DNA of 63,767 nt, the filler included, from Chiloscyllium plagiosum (Eukaryota), in NCBI RefSeq assembly GCF_004010195.1. It is 16 parts of 16 records of this genome, joined end to end, with 100 filler letters (N's around TTAATTAATTAA, not from the genome) between each part and the next. Parts side by side here need not be neighbours in the genome. Positions count along the whole stretch, not along the records: positions 24,022 to 28,908 come from NW_025208312.1; positions 29,009 to 37,321 come from NW_025203227.1; positions 37,422 to 38,801 come from NW_025151394.1; 13 more parts are not named here. The stretch is one strand, 5' to 3'. The position numbers and the translations under genes were made by a program. Positions 24,022 to 38,109 of the stretch are shown piece by piece. Numbering within the stretch: the first letter of the stretch is position 1; each line of letters opens with the position of its first letter. Under the pieces are notes generated by a model that was given only the letters and a program-made list of their open reading frames with translations, was not told the origin of the DNA and searched no databases.

Positions 24022-25962
24022 GAACGAGGGGAGGTTCGATCAAGGACAGTAGTGGGGGACTGTGTATTGAGTCAGAAGAGATAGAAGAGGTCTTGAATGA
24101 GTACTTTTCTTCAGTATTTACAAATGAGAGTGACCGTATTGTTGAAGAGGAGAGTATGAAACAGACTGGTAAGCTAGAGGAGATACTTGTTAGGAAGGAA
24201 GATGTGTTGGGCATTTTGAAAAACCTGAGGATAGACAAGTCCCCCGGGTCTGGCAGGATATAACCAAGGATTATGTGAGAAGCAAGAGAGAAATTGCAGA
24301 GCCGTTCGCAATGATCTTTTCGTCTTCACTGTCAATGAGGGTGGTACCAGGGGTCTGGAGAGTGGCGAACGTTATGCCCCTGTTCAAAAAAGGGAATAGG
24401 TAGAACCCCGGGAATTATAGGCCAGTTAGTCTTACTTCTGTGATAGGCAAAGTAATGGAAAGGGTACTGAGGGATAGGATTTATGAGTATCTGGAAAGAC
24501 ACTGCTGGATTAGGGACAGCCAGCGCGGATTTGTGAGGGGTAGGTCTTGCCGTACAAGTACTATTGAATTCTTTGAGGAGGTGACCAAGCATGTGGATGA
24601 GGGTAGAACAGTGGATGTAGTGTACATGGATTTTAATAAGGCATTTGATAAGGTTCCCCATGGTAGGCTTATGCGGAAAGTCAGGGAGCATGGGATAGTG
24701 GGAAATTTGGCCAGTTAGATAGAGAACTGACTAATCGGTCGAAGTCAGAGAGTGGTGGTAGATGGTAAATATTCAGCCTGGAGCCCAGGTAAAAGTGGAG
24801 TTCCGCAGGGATCAGTTCTGGGTCCTCTGCTGTTTGTAATGTTTATTAATGACTTGGAAGAGGGAGTCGAAGGGTGGGTCAGTAAATTTGCAGATGATAC
24901 GAAGATTGGTGGAGGAGTGGGTAGTGAGGAGGGCTGTTGTCGGCTGCAAAGGGACTTAGATATGATGCAGAGGTGGGCTGAGGAATGGCAGATGGAGTTC
25001 AACCCAGTCAAGTGTGAGGTTGTCCATTTTGGAAGGACAAATAAGAATGCGGAATACAGGGTTAACGGTAGGGTTCTTAGTAAGGTGGAGAAGCAGAGGG
25101 ATCTTGGGGTCTATGTTCATAGCTCTTTGAAAGTTGCCACTCAGGTGGATATGTTCATAGCTCTTTAAAAGTTGCCACTCAGGTGGATAGAGCTTGTAAC
25201 AAGGCCTATGGCGTATTAACGTACATTAGCAGAGGGATTAAATTCAAGATTCGTGAGGTGATGTTGCAGCTGTACAGGACCTTGGTAAGGCCACATTTGG
25301 AGTACTGTGTGCAGTTCTGTTCGCCTCATTTTAGGAAAGATGTGGAGGCTTTGGAGAGGGTACAGAGGAGATTTACCAGGATGTTGCCTGGAATAGAGAA
25401 TAGGTCAGACGAGGATAGGTTGAGAGTGCTAGGCCTTTTCTCATTGGAACGGCGAAGGATGAGGGGTGACTTGATAGAGGTTTATAAGATGATTAGGGGA
25501 ATAGATAGAGCAGACAGTCAGAGACTTTTTCCCCGTGTACAACAGAGTGTTACAAGGGGACAAGCCTGGACTATCATTGAGCAGCCACTGAGGCCTTTTC
25601 TCATTGGAACGGCGAAGGATGAGGGGTGACTTGATAGAGGTTTATAAGATGATTAGGGGAATAGATAGAGTAGACAGCCAGAGACTTTTTCCCCGGGTAC
25701 AACAGAGTGTTACAAGGGGACAAAAAAATAGTGATGATGGGTGGAAGGTATCGGGGGAATGTCAGGGGTAGGTTCTTTATGCAGAGAGTGGAGGGGGCAT
25801 GGAATGCGCTGCCTGTGGGAGTGGCAGAGTCAGAATCATTGGTGACCTTTAAGCGGCAATTGGATAGGTACATGGATAGGTGCTTAAGTTAGGACAAATG
25901 TTCGGCACAACATCATGGGCCGAAAGGCCTGCTCTGTGCTGTATTGTTCTATGTTCTATGTT
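24022..25962 (+). mobile_element. CR1-type LINE, 3' half of ORF2 and tail
   Basis: [31 protein letters not shown] and KFADDTK motifs; (TTCTATG)n tail. Confidence 0.92.
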
Positions 25963-27896
25963 GCGATTTCTTCACTGCGACGCACGATCAGAAGAAGAGT
26001 TGTTGGAGAAGTGGACCTTTATGAATAACATCGTATAAATTATCTGACAAATTTGATAAAAAAAATACATTCAGTTCTCATGTAACAAAGTGAGTTGTGG
26101 TTAATAGATACGAACCTTGATATTACAACCATAATAATTGTCCAGAGTGCTATAGAAGCTGAGATCAACACAGTACAATTAGACGGACGATGTGATAATG
26201 ACAATGTAATGCTAAAATTAGAGGTCAGAGCAAGGAGGTCAACAAGGTACAAAAATGATGGGCCAGTTTGATCAGGGGGAGAGATAGCACGTTTGGATGG
26301 TATTCATTTTAATAAAAGGAGTATGATAAACAATGCTGATGAGTTAACGGCATAAATGAGGAAGTGTGCAATTGAAATCATGGAGACATGCTGCGAGAGG
26401 GGCAAGAGTGGCAGTTCAATATTCCAAATATAATGCCTTCAAGTGAGACAGGGAAAAATAAAGATGGAGTGGAAACGGTGAAGATTGTTAATGTTCACCA
26501 GTGTGAGGGAATAAGTGGACATAGAAAACATTGTGAAGTGTTGTGATTTTTTTCAGAAATTAGGATAGGTGATGTGATGTGCTGTGTTGCTGGATGAAAA
26601 AAATAGTAATATTTCCAGGGCAGATAACATGTGTGCCAAGCAAAGGATGAAATAGTGGGTGGCTGGCAATAAGTTGTAATTCCTGGCCACCTAGGGATAT
26701 GGTAAAACTGCCAATCTGGTATTGTTATGCAGGACAGACGAAGAGAAAAATCATGAAACCACAGGCTCGGCTCAAGCTCGGCTCTGTACTAGGGAAGACA
26801 TTGTAACTATGGAGAGGGGAATTAACCTTCATCTGGAAGGTTAATCAACAATTCTCAGCACGCTTTCATTGAGCAATTTGATGTTAGATTTCGAAGAAGT
26901 AAGTCTATTTCCAGATGATAGTAAAGATCAGAGCCAGATGAGATCAAGTTAATTTGACGAATTCAACCCTGAGTTAGCTGAATGGCGGAGTGCAGAGGGT
27001 AATGGTCATAGAATGTTTGTGTGGATGGAAGGAAATCATTCTGGATAAGTGTAAGGTGATGCACTTGGTCAGAAGAAACTAAGAGGTATTATGATTTGAA
27101 TGGTGGAAGCGTGAAAAGGACTGAGGATCTTTGGTGTGCATGCCCATCGATCCCTTGTAGTAATGTTGCAGGTGGATAAAAAGACTAAGAATGTGTGTCG
27201 GGTATTTGCTTTTATGAGCCAAGACATTTACATTCGGTGTTGGGAGATGATACTGGAAATTAATAAAACACTGGTTCGGCCAGACATGAAGCATTGTGTG
27301 ATATATAGGACTGCATGTTATGGAAGGAATGTGATTAGACAGAAGGCAGCATTATTGAGATTTTCCAGGATTTTCCTGGGCTGGAAGTTTTTAAGTTATG
27401 GAATGTCATTAACCAAACTGGGGTTTTACTTGGAGCAGAGAAGAATGAGAGAGATGATGATTGTGATGTCTAGAATTACGGTAGACATATACATAGTAAA
27501 CAGGACAAATCCCTTTCCCCTTAATGGATGGAGCAATGTCTCAAGGGCATAGGGTTAAGGTAAGGACAGGAGGATATTGGGGAAACCAAAATCACACAGA
27601 GTGTGTGAATCTGCAGCTCAGTGTGAGTCAGTCTTGAAGAGGCTAGGCACCGCATAACATGTGAGAAATATGCAGATGCACATAAGAAATGTCAAGTCAC
27701 ACAAAGCAATGCATCAATTGCGGATATACTGGACTGGAATAGTTAGGGGGCTGTTATTGGTAGGCGTGGACTGGATGGAACTCAGGAACTTTTCCTGTAC
27801 TCTATATCTCTATGACGATGTCAAATGTATTATAACTAATGACCTATTCATGTTAACCATAGGTGTGCTGTTCACCTCAGTTCCTACAAGATTTAC

Positions 27897-28196
27897 ATAG
27901 CATTCCAGTGCTCTGCTTTGACCCGCTGTGTTGAACCTCACAGGAGAGTTTGCTGCAATCTGCCTCTGACTCAGGCAGGGTCAATTGGCTGCTCAGGGTG
28001 TAAGTTCCATTGTTGTTCCTCACGGATGGATAAGTCTTCACTGCAGTCGTGATTGGCACCCCACCTTTCTTCCAAATCACCTTGGTAACGTCAGTGTTAT
28101 AGTCCATGGCCAAACAACCAAAGATCACAGAACCGTCAGTGTTGTGTTGCTGACAGGAGAAGACAAGTCCATAAAGTTTGGGGGGAGATGCAGTAT
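27897..28196 (-). pseudogene. IGHM: IgM C-mu1 exon (copy 3, divergent subfamily), acceptor AG mutated to TG
   Basis: [33 protein letters not shown]...[10 protein letters not shown]; the aligned acceptor reads cattctatccttg versus cattctattgtag in copy 2. Confidence 0.8.
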
Positions 28197-30636
28197 CAAG
28201 GATAGAATGACCAGTTGAGCAAGTTAGTTTCTGTTAATTCGACCTTATTGGTTACCCAAATGTTTCTTCAGCTGTAAATGTATACCAGTGCGTTCCTGCT
28301 AAAAGTTTTAGGATACCTTGAATTTATTTTTGTTTCCAATCAGTCGTTGATCATGATCTATTGGTTCCCTCTTCAGAAACATGCCCTCTACCTTGACCAT
28401 TACTATATAATTTAGAAATAGGAACACCCTGATCTGACGAAGAGTAACTACTGAAAATCTCAACAACTGACACTTTCATTGGATTGCAAGTGACGAGCAT
28501 AGAGTTTTCACAAAATACAAACCAAGAAAACGTGCAAGTTGGAATTGGAAATGAAAACCGAAGTTGCTGGAGAAACCCAACAACTGGCAGCATCTGTGGA
28601 GAGAAACCAGAGTGAACATTTCGAGTCCATTGTATCTTCCCAGCTTATCAATGTCAGCCAAAACCTGCTCCCTGGAAAGAAGGCAATTGCAGAGCACTGG
28701 GCCTGAGAGTATATCTGTCACACATGATATCATGTTAATTGCCTGGAAGCTCATTGATCGACTTGACAATTATCTGAATTCTGGAGGCCGCTGAAACAAA
28801 GAGGACCATTAAAGGTTCAGAGACTTTGGAGTGTGACAGCTAACTGAACTGAGCATTTGTGTAAATATGATTCGGGAAATGAACAAATACACTTTAACTT
28901 CAATAACTNNNNNNNNNNNNNNNNNNNNNNNNNNNNNNNNNNNNNNNNNNNNTTAATTAATTAANNNNNNNNNNNNNNNNNNNNNNNNNNNNNNNNNNNN
29001 NNNNNNNNAACAACACTTGGAGGGAGCACTGAGGGTGGGAATAATGCAGGATATACCCTGAGTAAGGGACTTCAAAGCCCACCATCAAGAGCAGCTCAGA
29101 AACATCACTACTGAGCAAGGTGGTCAAGTTCCACCTGATTCAGCTGCCAGACTGGACCTGGGGCAGGTGGTGAGGGAATCAACAAGAGGGAAAAACATAC
29201 TCACTATCACCCTCACCAATCTGCCTGCTGCTGGTGTGTCTGTCCATGACAGTATCAGTAAGAGTGTCCACCGCACAGTCCGTGTGGAGACAAAATCCCA
29301 TCTTCACATTGAGAATACCTTGCATTTTGTTGGGCAAGAGATACGGAATCTCAGGAAGAACGTTTTTTTTTAGCAGCAATTGGTAATGACTTGGAAATTA
29401 GTGCCCATTCAGGTGAGGCAGATGAAGACATTCAGTGATTGCAATGGCAGATTGGATGGGCTCTTGATGGAAATAAACCTGCAAGGCTCTGGGTGCTGAG
29501 TATGGGAGGAGGTGGGACTGACAGGATTACTCCATGAAATGACAGCATTTGCTCACTTAGTCTCACCTTTACACAAAGACTGGGAGAAACAGACAAACCA
29601 GTTCACAGAAGAGTGTTTTCTCAAGCAAACCACTCTTGAAACAACCCAGAGAACACGCCAGACTAGATTAACGAGAATAAATCAGCAAATCAATGGCAAG
29701 GGAACAGTGACCCAAAAATGATGGAACTGAACAGCATATTCAATAGCACAAATATCGTGAGGGGGAGGGATGAAGGGCAGGACGTCAGAGAGCACGCAGT
29801 AGGGGTCTGAAGGCCCTGCTGTCAATGGTGGGGTGGACGAAGCAGCAATGGGCAGGAGACCAGAGACAGAAGGTGGAAGGGGGAGGGAGGGAATGTGAGT
29901 CTACAACAGGACACAGAGTGAGGGAGGAGGGAGGCCATGGAAGCAATTGGCTGGCAGTGAGGTCAGATTCTGGAACAACTGTAGCTGTAAGACAGGGAAG
30001 GGAACACTCCATATCAGACAAGTTGGGGTTTATGGAATGTTGCTTCAGGAAGCTGGGAGAGGACATTGATATCATCGAGTCAGGAGGTGGGACGAGCAGA
30101 AATTGGGGTTTCTGTGGTCAAGAGGCTGAGGTAGTGCAGAGACAAACAATGTTGTTCAGATTGAAATAAGAGACCTACGTGATGGACAGGATTTGGGGTT
30201 TGCAGCTCAGGTACTGGACAGTCCAGTGGGAAGGAGGCCCATGTTTACTGTTTATTGGTCCGATGGGAAGGTGCCCCATGTCTACATCATCATAGAGTCA
30301 TAGAGGTTTACAGCNNNNNNNNNNNNNNNNNNNNNNNNNNNNNNNNNNNNNNNNNNNNNNNNNNNNNNNNNNNNNNNNNNNNNNNNNNNNNNNNNNNNNN
30401 NNNNNNNNNNNNNNNNNNNNNNNNNNNNNNNNNNNNNNNNNNNNNNNNNNNNNNNNNNNNNNNNNNNNNNNNNNNNNNNNNNNNNNNNNNNNNNNNNNNN
30501 NNNNNNNNNNNNNNNNNNNNNNNNNNNNNNNNNNNNNNNNNNNNNNNNNNNNNNNNNNNNNNNNNNNNNNNNNNNNNNNNNNNNNNNNNNNNNNNNNNNN
30601 NNNNNNNNNNNNNNNNNNNNNNNNNNNNNNNNNNNN

Positions 30637-31190
30637 GGAACTATGTACCTGTACCCCTCGGTCTCTCTGTTCAACAACACTCCCCATGGCTCTACCATTA
30701 ATTGTGTAATTCCTGCCCTGGTTGGTCTTACCAAAATGCAACTCCTTGCATTTATCGAAGTTAAGCTCCATCTGGATTTGTTGACCCACTGGCCCAGTTG
30801 ATGAAGATGACATTGCACTCTTAGATAACCTTCTTCCCTGTCCACGATGCCAACAATTTTAATGTCAGCCACAAACTTACTGACTATTCCTGCTATTTTC
30901 TCATCCAAATTGTTCATATAAATGATGAACAACAGTGGATCCAGGATCGATTCATGTGGCAGATGGCTGGTCACTGGCCTCCAGTCTAAAGAACAACCCT
31001 CTCTCACCAGCCTCTGCCTCCTACCATCAGGCCCATTTTATATCCAATTGGTTAGCTCTCCCTGGATCCTCTGTGATATAATCTTACTAAGCAGTCTACA
31101 ATGGGGAACCTTGTCTAAGGCCTTGCTAAAGTCCATGTTGACGATGTGTACTGATCTATCTTAATCTATCTATTTCTTCAAAAACTCAAC
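30637..31190 (-). mobile_element. CR1-type LINE RT fragment
   Basis: Degenerate PQGS/KFADD region. Confidence 0.75.
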
Positions 31191-33252
31191 TATCCACTTG
31201 TCTCCATTAGAAGGACAAGTGAATAGGAGGCCCACATTTACTGGTCTTCTTGGAATATCCAGTCAGAAGGAGGTCCATGTTTACTGGTCTCCTTTGGAGA
31301 GTCCATTAGGAAGGAGGCCAACATTTACTGGTCTTTATCGGAGGTTCAAGCAGGAACGATGCCCATGTTTACTGGTCTCTATTGGGAGCTTCAGTGGGAA
31401 GGAGGCCCATGTCTCTCCATGGGGCACTCTCGTGAACTGACGTCCATGTTTACTGGACTCTGTTGGAGAGTCCAGTGCATCGTGGACACCATGGTGGGTG
31501 TGGGGTTCAGTTCCTTTCTGTTGTAAATGTGTGATTGTCCAACCCTCATCCCAGTAAAACACCCTGACTCAGAGACTGACCATGGAAGGGGAAGGACAGG
31601 GGAAGGGATTGGAACATGTTGTGAATGGACAGGATGGGTCAGTGGGTCAGAGCCTGTCCTGTCCCTCCAGCTCACACTGATGGCCTGAGGATCTCCTCTC
31701 TCTGCTGGGCCTTCATGGAATGAGGTTTGTGTCCAAACCAGTCCCCTGTGAGAATAGGCCAACAGCACAAAACTGCCCTTCATTTAACAAGAATCTGTCC
31801 ATCTTCCTGAGAGATACCAAAACCTGGTCAATGTGGAAATGGGCCTTTAGTCCAGGAGAAGACATGCTTCTGGGGTCAAGGGTTAACATCCATTATTGGG
31901 GCAGAGCAGAGGGAGATTTATCCTGAATTCAACTGTCACCACCTGGGACACTGTGAGAGAGAGAGAGAAGCGAGACAGAGAGAGAGAGAAATAGAGGTCG
32001 ATTGGGATGCGGAGAAGGAGGGAGAGACAGAGGGAGAAATAGAGAGGGGTAGATAACATTTGGAGGCTTTCAATTGAAGTGAGAGATGGAGCGAGTGACG
32101 GAGACAGTGAGAGATGGAGAAAGATTATGAGACGGAGTGAGGAAGCGTGAGTGAGTTGGAGAGAGTGGCTATGAGACAGAGTAAGACAGAGAGATATGAG
32201 AGAGATTAACAGTGGGAGAGAGAGATAGATGTAGAGAGATCAAAGTAGCAGATGTGAGACAGAAAGGGGAANNNNNNNNNNNTATAAGATAATTGTTGGC
32301 AGTGATATGTTGCACAGGAAGGCACTTTATACACGAGTAAAGGGCTCAATAGCCAGGGACAGAGATTGTAGGTAACACAGACATGGACACATAGAAACTC
32401 GGAGCTGGAGCAGGCCATTCGGCCCTTTGAGTCTTGTGTGTCATTCAGTTTGATCATGGCTGACCCTCTCTCTCAATGCTATGTTCCGACTTTCTCCCCA
32501 TTTCCTTCATGCTGTTAAAATGCAAAACAACTATCTCTCTTTTTTTCTAGAATATGTTCAGTTCCTTATCCTCCACAGCCGTTTGTTGTAGAGAATTCAT
32601 CAGGTTGACCATCCTCTGAGTGAAGAAATGTTTCCTCATCTCAGTCCGAAGTGGACTATCCCGTATCTTCCTGAGACTGCGTCCCCTGGTTCCAGACTCC
32701 CCAACCAGGGGAAACCTCCTCCCTGCCCAGGCCTGTTAGAATTTTATACGTTTCAATCAGATTCCCTCTCATCCTTCTAAACTCGAGTGATACCAGGCCC
32801 AGTTGAGTTGCAGAGTGAGAGGAGAATTGAGGAGAAATGTTTTCACCCAGAGGGTAGTGGGAGTCTGGAACTCACTACCTGAAAGGCTGGTTGAGTCACA
32901 AACTCTCGTGACATTGGAGCAGTGTTTAGATATTCCCTTGTGTTGCTGTAACCTCCAGGGTAATGGGCCAAGAGCTGGAGGATGGGATTAGTGTCATCAG
33001 ATCTTTGTTTACTAGCACAGACACAATGGGCCAAATGGCCTCATTCAGTGCTGTTCACATCAATCACCCTCTAAGACAAAGAGAGAGAGAGAGAAGAGGA
33101 AGTGTGAGGGGCTGACGTGGCTCTCTCTGCCTGATGCCATTTACATACTGAGGAACACCCAGTCAGACTCTCACAGGCTGCAGCTTTATAAAGCAGAGCC
33201 CAGTGAAGGGAGAGTTTATCAGGAACCAGGCACAGGGACAGGAGCACACACC

Positions 33253-33815
33253 ATGATTTCACACATCCAGCTGATCTGGCCCCTGGCATTCTGTGTTGCA
33301 GGTACAAATCTCTCTCCTTCCACTTTGGATCTTTAGCTGCTCTCCATTTCACTCCAATTCCACTGACTTGTGATTGAAGGGAAAATACTGAAACCAGAGG
33401 AATGCTCAGTGTCTCCAACAATCTCTCATTTGACAGGCTCTTTCTGTGACAGTTCTGACTTCACTGTGTTTCTCTCTGACCCCTCAGGTATCAGTGGGGA
33501 CATCATCATGAGCCAGTCATCCCCGGTCCTGTCAGTGGAACTGGGCCAGACCGTAACACTCACCTGTACGGCCAGTCAAGATATTACAAATGACCTCAGC
33601 TGGTACCAGCAGCGAGAAGGTCAGAAACCCTCTCTCCTGATCTATGAAGCAACAACTCGAAACACAGGAGTCTCCGAGCGATTCACCGGCAGTGAATCAG
33701 GGACCAGTTTCACCCTGACAATCAGCAACGTTCAGAATGAGAATGTCACTGACTATTACCGTATGCAGCACAACAGCTACCCTTACGTTCGGTAAAGGAA
33801 CCAAGCTCAGACTGA
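33253..33815 (+). pseudogene. IGKV: Joined (pre-rearranged) Ig kappa leader (33253-33301) + VJ exon (33488-33815); out-of-frame junction and Cys>Arg
   Basis: V runs directly into J (...TAC CCT T|ACG TTC GGT AAA GGA ACC AAG CTC AGA CTG A|gtaagt) with no RSS. In the V frame this reads PYVR*; YYC is YYR (CGT at 33760-33762). Confidence 0.92.
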
Positions 33816-34005
33816 GTAAGTAAACCTCAATCCTCCGTTAATAACCCTTTCAATACTGAAACTTTCTAAAACACAAATGCTGAATTGCTACAGGTGTTAG
33901 TGGGGAGCTGCAGCAAATGAAATGGTTGATTGAGGAGCCCTATGTCTAACAGGGTGTCCAGCTGTATTTCTGTAGTCCTATTGCCCCACTTAAGCAGCAA
34001 GATAT

Positions 34006-34112
34006 AAGTCAGAGCTGAAAATGTGTTGCTGGAAAAGCGCAGCAGGTCAGGCAGCATCCAGGGAACAGGAGAATCGACGTTTCAGGCATAAGCCCTTCTT
34101 CAGGAAGATCTA
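34006..34112 (-). mobile_element. Short Penelope pLTR insertion with target-site duplication
   Basis: Flanked by agatataagtcag / agatctaagtcag; absent in the paralog at ~18310-18325. Confidence 0.75.
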
Positions 34113-35329
34113 AGTCAGTCAGTTTTACTCACCGTGTGGAGGAGCTCTATCCATTTGCAGCCTGTGGTCCCATTCCTGCAGCATGGAGTGAAATCAGTGA
34201 GTAGCCTCCTGCCAGTCTCAGTGTGACGGACACGGGCAGAGTTTGATGTGAGCTCTGGCTCCCTGTCCCAGTCTCTGATCTCACAAACCTCAGCAGCAGC
34301 AGCAGCAGCAGCATCAGCAGCAGCACAGTGAGACACCAGCTCCCACCTCCCCCAGCTTTAACTCTGCTCAATCACACAATCACAGAGTTGTTACAGTGCA
34401 CAAGGAGACCATTCCGCCCATCCTGTCTGTACTGGCTCTCTGAATGAGCAATTCACTGAGTGTCATTCTCCTGCCTTCTCCCTGTCACCCTGCACATTGT
34501 TCCTTTTCGAATAACAGTCTCATTCCCTTCGGAATGTTTCAATTGAAGCTGCCTCCACCACACTCTCAGGCAGGGCATTCCACACCTTAACCACCCACTG
34601 GCTGAAAATGTTTTTCCCTCATCTCACTTTTGCTTCTTTTACCAATTATTTTCAATCCATGGCCTCTCCCTCTCAGTTCTTTCTCAGGTGGGAACATTTT
34701 CTCCTGGTTTACTCTGTTCAGACCCCTCCTGATTTTGAATTTCTCAATCAAATCTCCTCTCTGCCTTCTCTTCTCTGAGGAAGACAGTCCCAACTTCTCC
34801 AGTCTATCTTCATAACTAACATCCCTCATCCTCGGTGGGTCAGATAGCCCACTCCTGCTCCTATTTCTAATGTTCTTATTATCTTATCTTCCTATGTGAG
34901 AGACACACATCAGATTTCCACTTAACACTCTGTGGCTGTACCTTCCCAGTCATATTCCCAACACTCCGTGCAGTCCCATCCTTACACAGTGACCCTGATT
35001 TAGAATTTATTACTCTCTCTCCCTCACTCTGAAACTGGGTCAGAAGTTCTATTCCTTATTCTGGTGCTATCTATCTCTCCCAGGATTCTGTGCACCTCTG
35101 TGTTCCTCTCTGGTATTACCTCCTGGATCCCACAGCCCAGCCAAGATAGTTTAAACCCTCTTCAGCAGCACTAGTAAATCACCCCAAAGGAACTCAGTCC
35201 CAGGTCTGTTCAGGAGCAACCCGTCTGGTCTGTACATGTCCATCTCCCCCCAAAGCCAGTCCCAATGTTAAAATAATCGAAAGAACTTCCTCCTGGACTG
35301 TCTTTTCAGTTTCACAGTCACCTGTGCTA

Positions 35330-36030
35330 TCCTCCTCTTTCTATTCTCACTTGCGTGGGGCACTGGGGGTAATCTTGGAGTTTCCTACTTTTGAGCTCCT
35401 GCTGCTAATTCCCTCCTGAGCTCCCTAAATTCTGACTGCAGGATCACATCCCTTTTCTCCCTCTGTCACTGGGACCGATGTGGACCACCACCGCTGCCTG
35501 TTCCCCTTCTCCCCTCAGGGTGCTCTGCAGCTGCTCAGTGACATCCTTGACCCTGGCACCAGGGAGACAACACACCATCCTGGATTCCCATCTGCAGCTG
35601 CAGAAACACCTATCGAATGCCCTCACTCTCGAATCTCCTCTCACTATCACTTTTTCAGTCTTCCTTGTGCTCCCCTGTACAGCTGAGCCCCCCGTGGTGC
35701 CAGGGACTTGGCTCCGGCTGCACTCCCCAGATGAACCATCATTCTGATCAGGATTCCAAACTGAATCCTGGTTGGAGAGTGGGATGCACTCAGGGGATTC
35801 CTGTACTAGCTGCCTGATCCTTTTGGACTGTCTGCTGCACCCCCATTCCCTCTCTCCCTGCATACTCTGAAGCTGCATAGTGACCACATCTAGAAACGTG
35901 CTCTCCACTGAGCTCTCAGCCTCACGGACACTCCGCACTGACACCAGCTGCTGCTCAAGCTCCGAAACCCAGAGTTCCAACTACAGTCATTGACCACACT
36001 TCCTGTGCTCATGGTATTCCAGGAAGCAGG
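35330..36030 (-). mobile_element. CR1 ORF1 remnant (coiled coil + SGNH esterase-like)
   Basis: VSELEQQL..., VIVRGDS, VCCLPGARVKDV and VVVHIG motifs; paralogs at 50590-51400 and 16550-16790. Confidence 0.8.
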
Positions 36031-36149
36031 ACAAGCAGTTCCCTCATGCAACCTGATGCACACCCTCACCACTCCCTGATTATCTTTTGTCAAAGTTCTT
36101 TTGAGAAACAGCAACAGCAGGGCTCACAATCCAGTACTTTCAATGTCCA

Positions 36150-36490
36150 TAGAATCATAGAATTCCTACAATATGGAAACAGGCCATTTGGTCCAACAAG
36201 TCCACACTGACCCTCCGAACAGTAACCCACCCAGACCCATTCCCCTACCTTTTTAACCTACATTTACACCTGACTAATGTACCTAACCTACACTATGAGC
36301 AATTTAGTATGGCCAATTCACCGAACCTGCACAGCTTTGGACTGTGGGAGGAAACCAGAGCACCCGGAGGAAACCCACGCAGATACGGGGAAAAGGTGCA
36401 AACTCCACACAGACAGTTGCCCGAGGCTAGAATCAAACCTGGGTCCATAGCACTGTGAGGCAGCAGGGCTAACCACTAAGTGACCGTACT
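36150..36490 (-). mobile_element. tRNA-derived SINE
   Basis: Same family as 11775-12070. Confidence 0.8.
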
Positions 36491-37421
36491 TCCAGTTTTC
36501 CAGGGTTTCAAGGAACCTCTACATAAACCCAAAAGACTTAAGATATAGGAGCAGAATTGGGCCAGTCAGAATAGAGTCTGCTCTGCCATTTGATCTTGTG
36601 TGATGTGTTCCTCAACCCCATTCTCCTGCATTCTCCTTTTAACTTTTAATTTCCTTACTGATCAAGAACGTATCTGTCTCTGTTTTAAATACTCTCAACA
36701 CCGTGCCCTCCATAGACCTCTGTGACAATGAGTTCCGCAGATTCACCACCCTGTGGCTGAAGAAATGCCTCCTTATCTCAGTTCTGACGGATCATTCTTC
36801 ACTCTGAGGCTGTGCCTTCGGGCCTTAGTTTCTTCTACTCGTGGAAACACCTTCTCCATGTTCTCCAGGCCTCTCAAATTTTGTAGTTTCAATAAGATTC
36901 CCCCATCATCTTTCTAAACACAATTGTATACAGATCCAGAATCCTCAACCACTCTTTATATGACACCCCCTTCATTCCCCAGGCCTCTCAAATTCTGTAG
37001 TTTCAATAAGATTCTCCCATCATCTTTCCAAACACAATTGTATACAGATCCAGAATCCTCAACCACTCTTTATATGACACCCCCTTCATTCCCAGGATCA
37101 TTCTTATTCTTTCTCACTTTTTCCTCTGGACCCTCTCCAATGACAGCACATCCTTCCTTAATAAGGGGCCCAAAATTCCAAATGAGTTCTGATCAGAGAC
37201 TGATACAAACTCAGCAGTACACCTCTGACGTTAAAGTTAATGCTAACATTGTAATTGCCTTTCAAACTGCCAATGGTGAACCTGCACATTAACCTTCAGA
37301 GAAACCTGAGCAAGGACTCCCNNNNNNNNNNNNNNNNNNNNNNNNNNNNNNNNNNNNNNNNNNNNTTAATTAATTAANNNNNNNNNNNNNNNNNNNNNNN
37401 NNNNNNNNNNNNNNNNNNNNN

Positions 37422-37632
37422 TCTTAGCAGCTACACCATGCACTGGGTCCGACATGTTCCCGGACAGGGTCTGGAGTGGCTGCTTTGGTACGACAGTTCA
37501 TCCAGCAGTAACTGTGCACCAGCAATTAAGGGTCGATTTACTGCGTCCAAAGACACTTCAAACAACATTTTCGCGTTGGACATGGAGAACCTGAAGATCG
37601 AAGACACCGCCATCTATTACTGTACAAGAGAA
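37422..37632 (+). CDS. IGHV: IgM VH exon, 5'-truncated by linker, unrearranged
   Basis: [23 protein letters not shown]...[32 protein letters not shown]. Confidence 0.9.
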
Positions 37633-37671
37633 CACAGCGAGAGGAACCAGGGCTGGAACCGTTCAAAAACA
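37633..37671 (+). promoter_or_regulatory. VH 23-RSS
   Basis: CACAGCG + 23 bp + TCAAAAACA. Confidence 0.85.
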
Positions 37672-38029
37672 ACTCGAAGGTACATTTTGTCAATTCCATC
37701 ATAAACTGACGGTCAGTACGAGTTTTAAATGCAATTATACCAACTGCGATCTGAAGCAGACCTCAGGCTGCCTCTGACAAAATATCAAAGAGGAAATGTA
37801 CCATTAAACTAGCAAACTGGTGACACAATGGGACATTGTTTTGGGCATGTCATATGTACTGCTAACACTTCCATCAATTAAATGCTCGGACAAAATGTTA
37901 GTTTTAACATATATGACAGCTCAGGAAATCACTGCTAATTGTTATGTCAACTATGGCATTAATTCTAAACATGATCAGTACTAAATGGCTCTTTCAAATG
38001 AAAATTGAGACCTCGGGTAAAGAACAGAA

Positions 38030-38109
38030 AATGAGTGTACTGGTCTCCATCATTGTGATACTACAGTGGGTCACAGTGTTGTGCACAGCGATATCCTCAT
38101 ACAATAATC
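38030..38109 (+). other. DH1 segment ATACTACAGTGGGT (38058-38071) with 5' 12-RSS and 3' 22-RSS
   Basis: CATTGTG at 38051-38057 (upstream nonamer degenerate); CACAGTG at 38072-38078 + 22 bp + ACAATAATC. Matches the shark D1 12/22 layout. Confidence 0.8.

Noticed and set aside
38084-38109. Cryptic CACAGCG inside the D1 3' spacer as a dual RSS
   Set aside because: Only 10 bp to the nonamer, outside 12+/-1.
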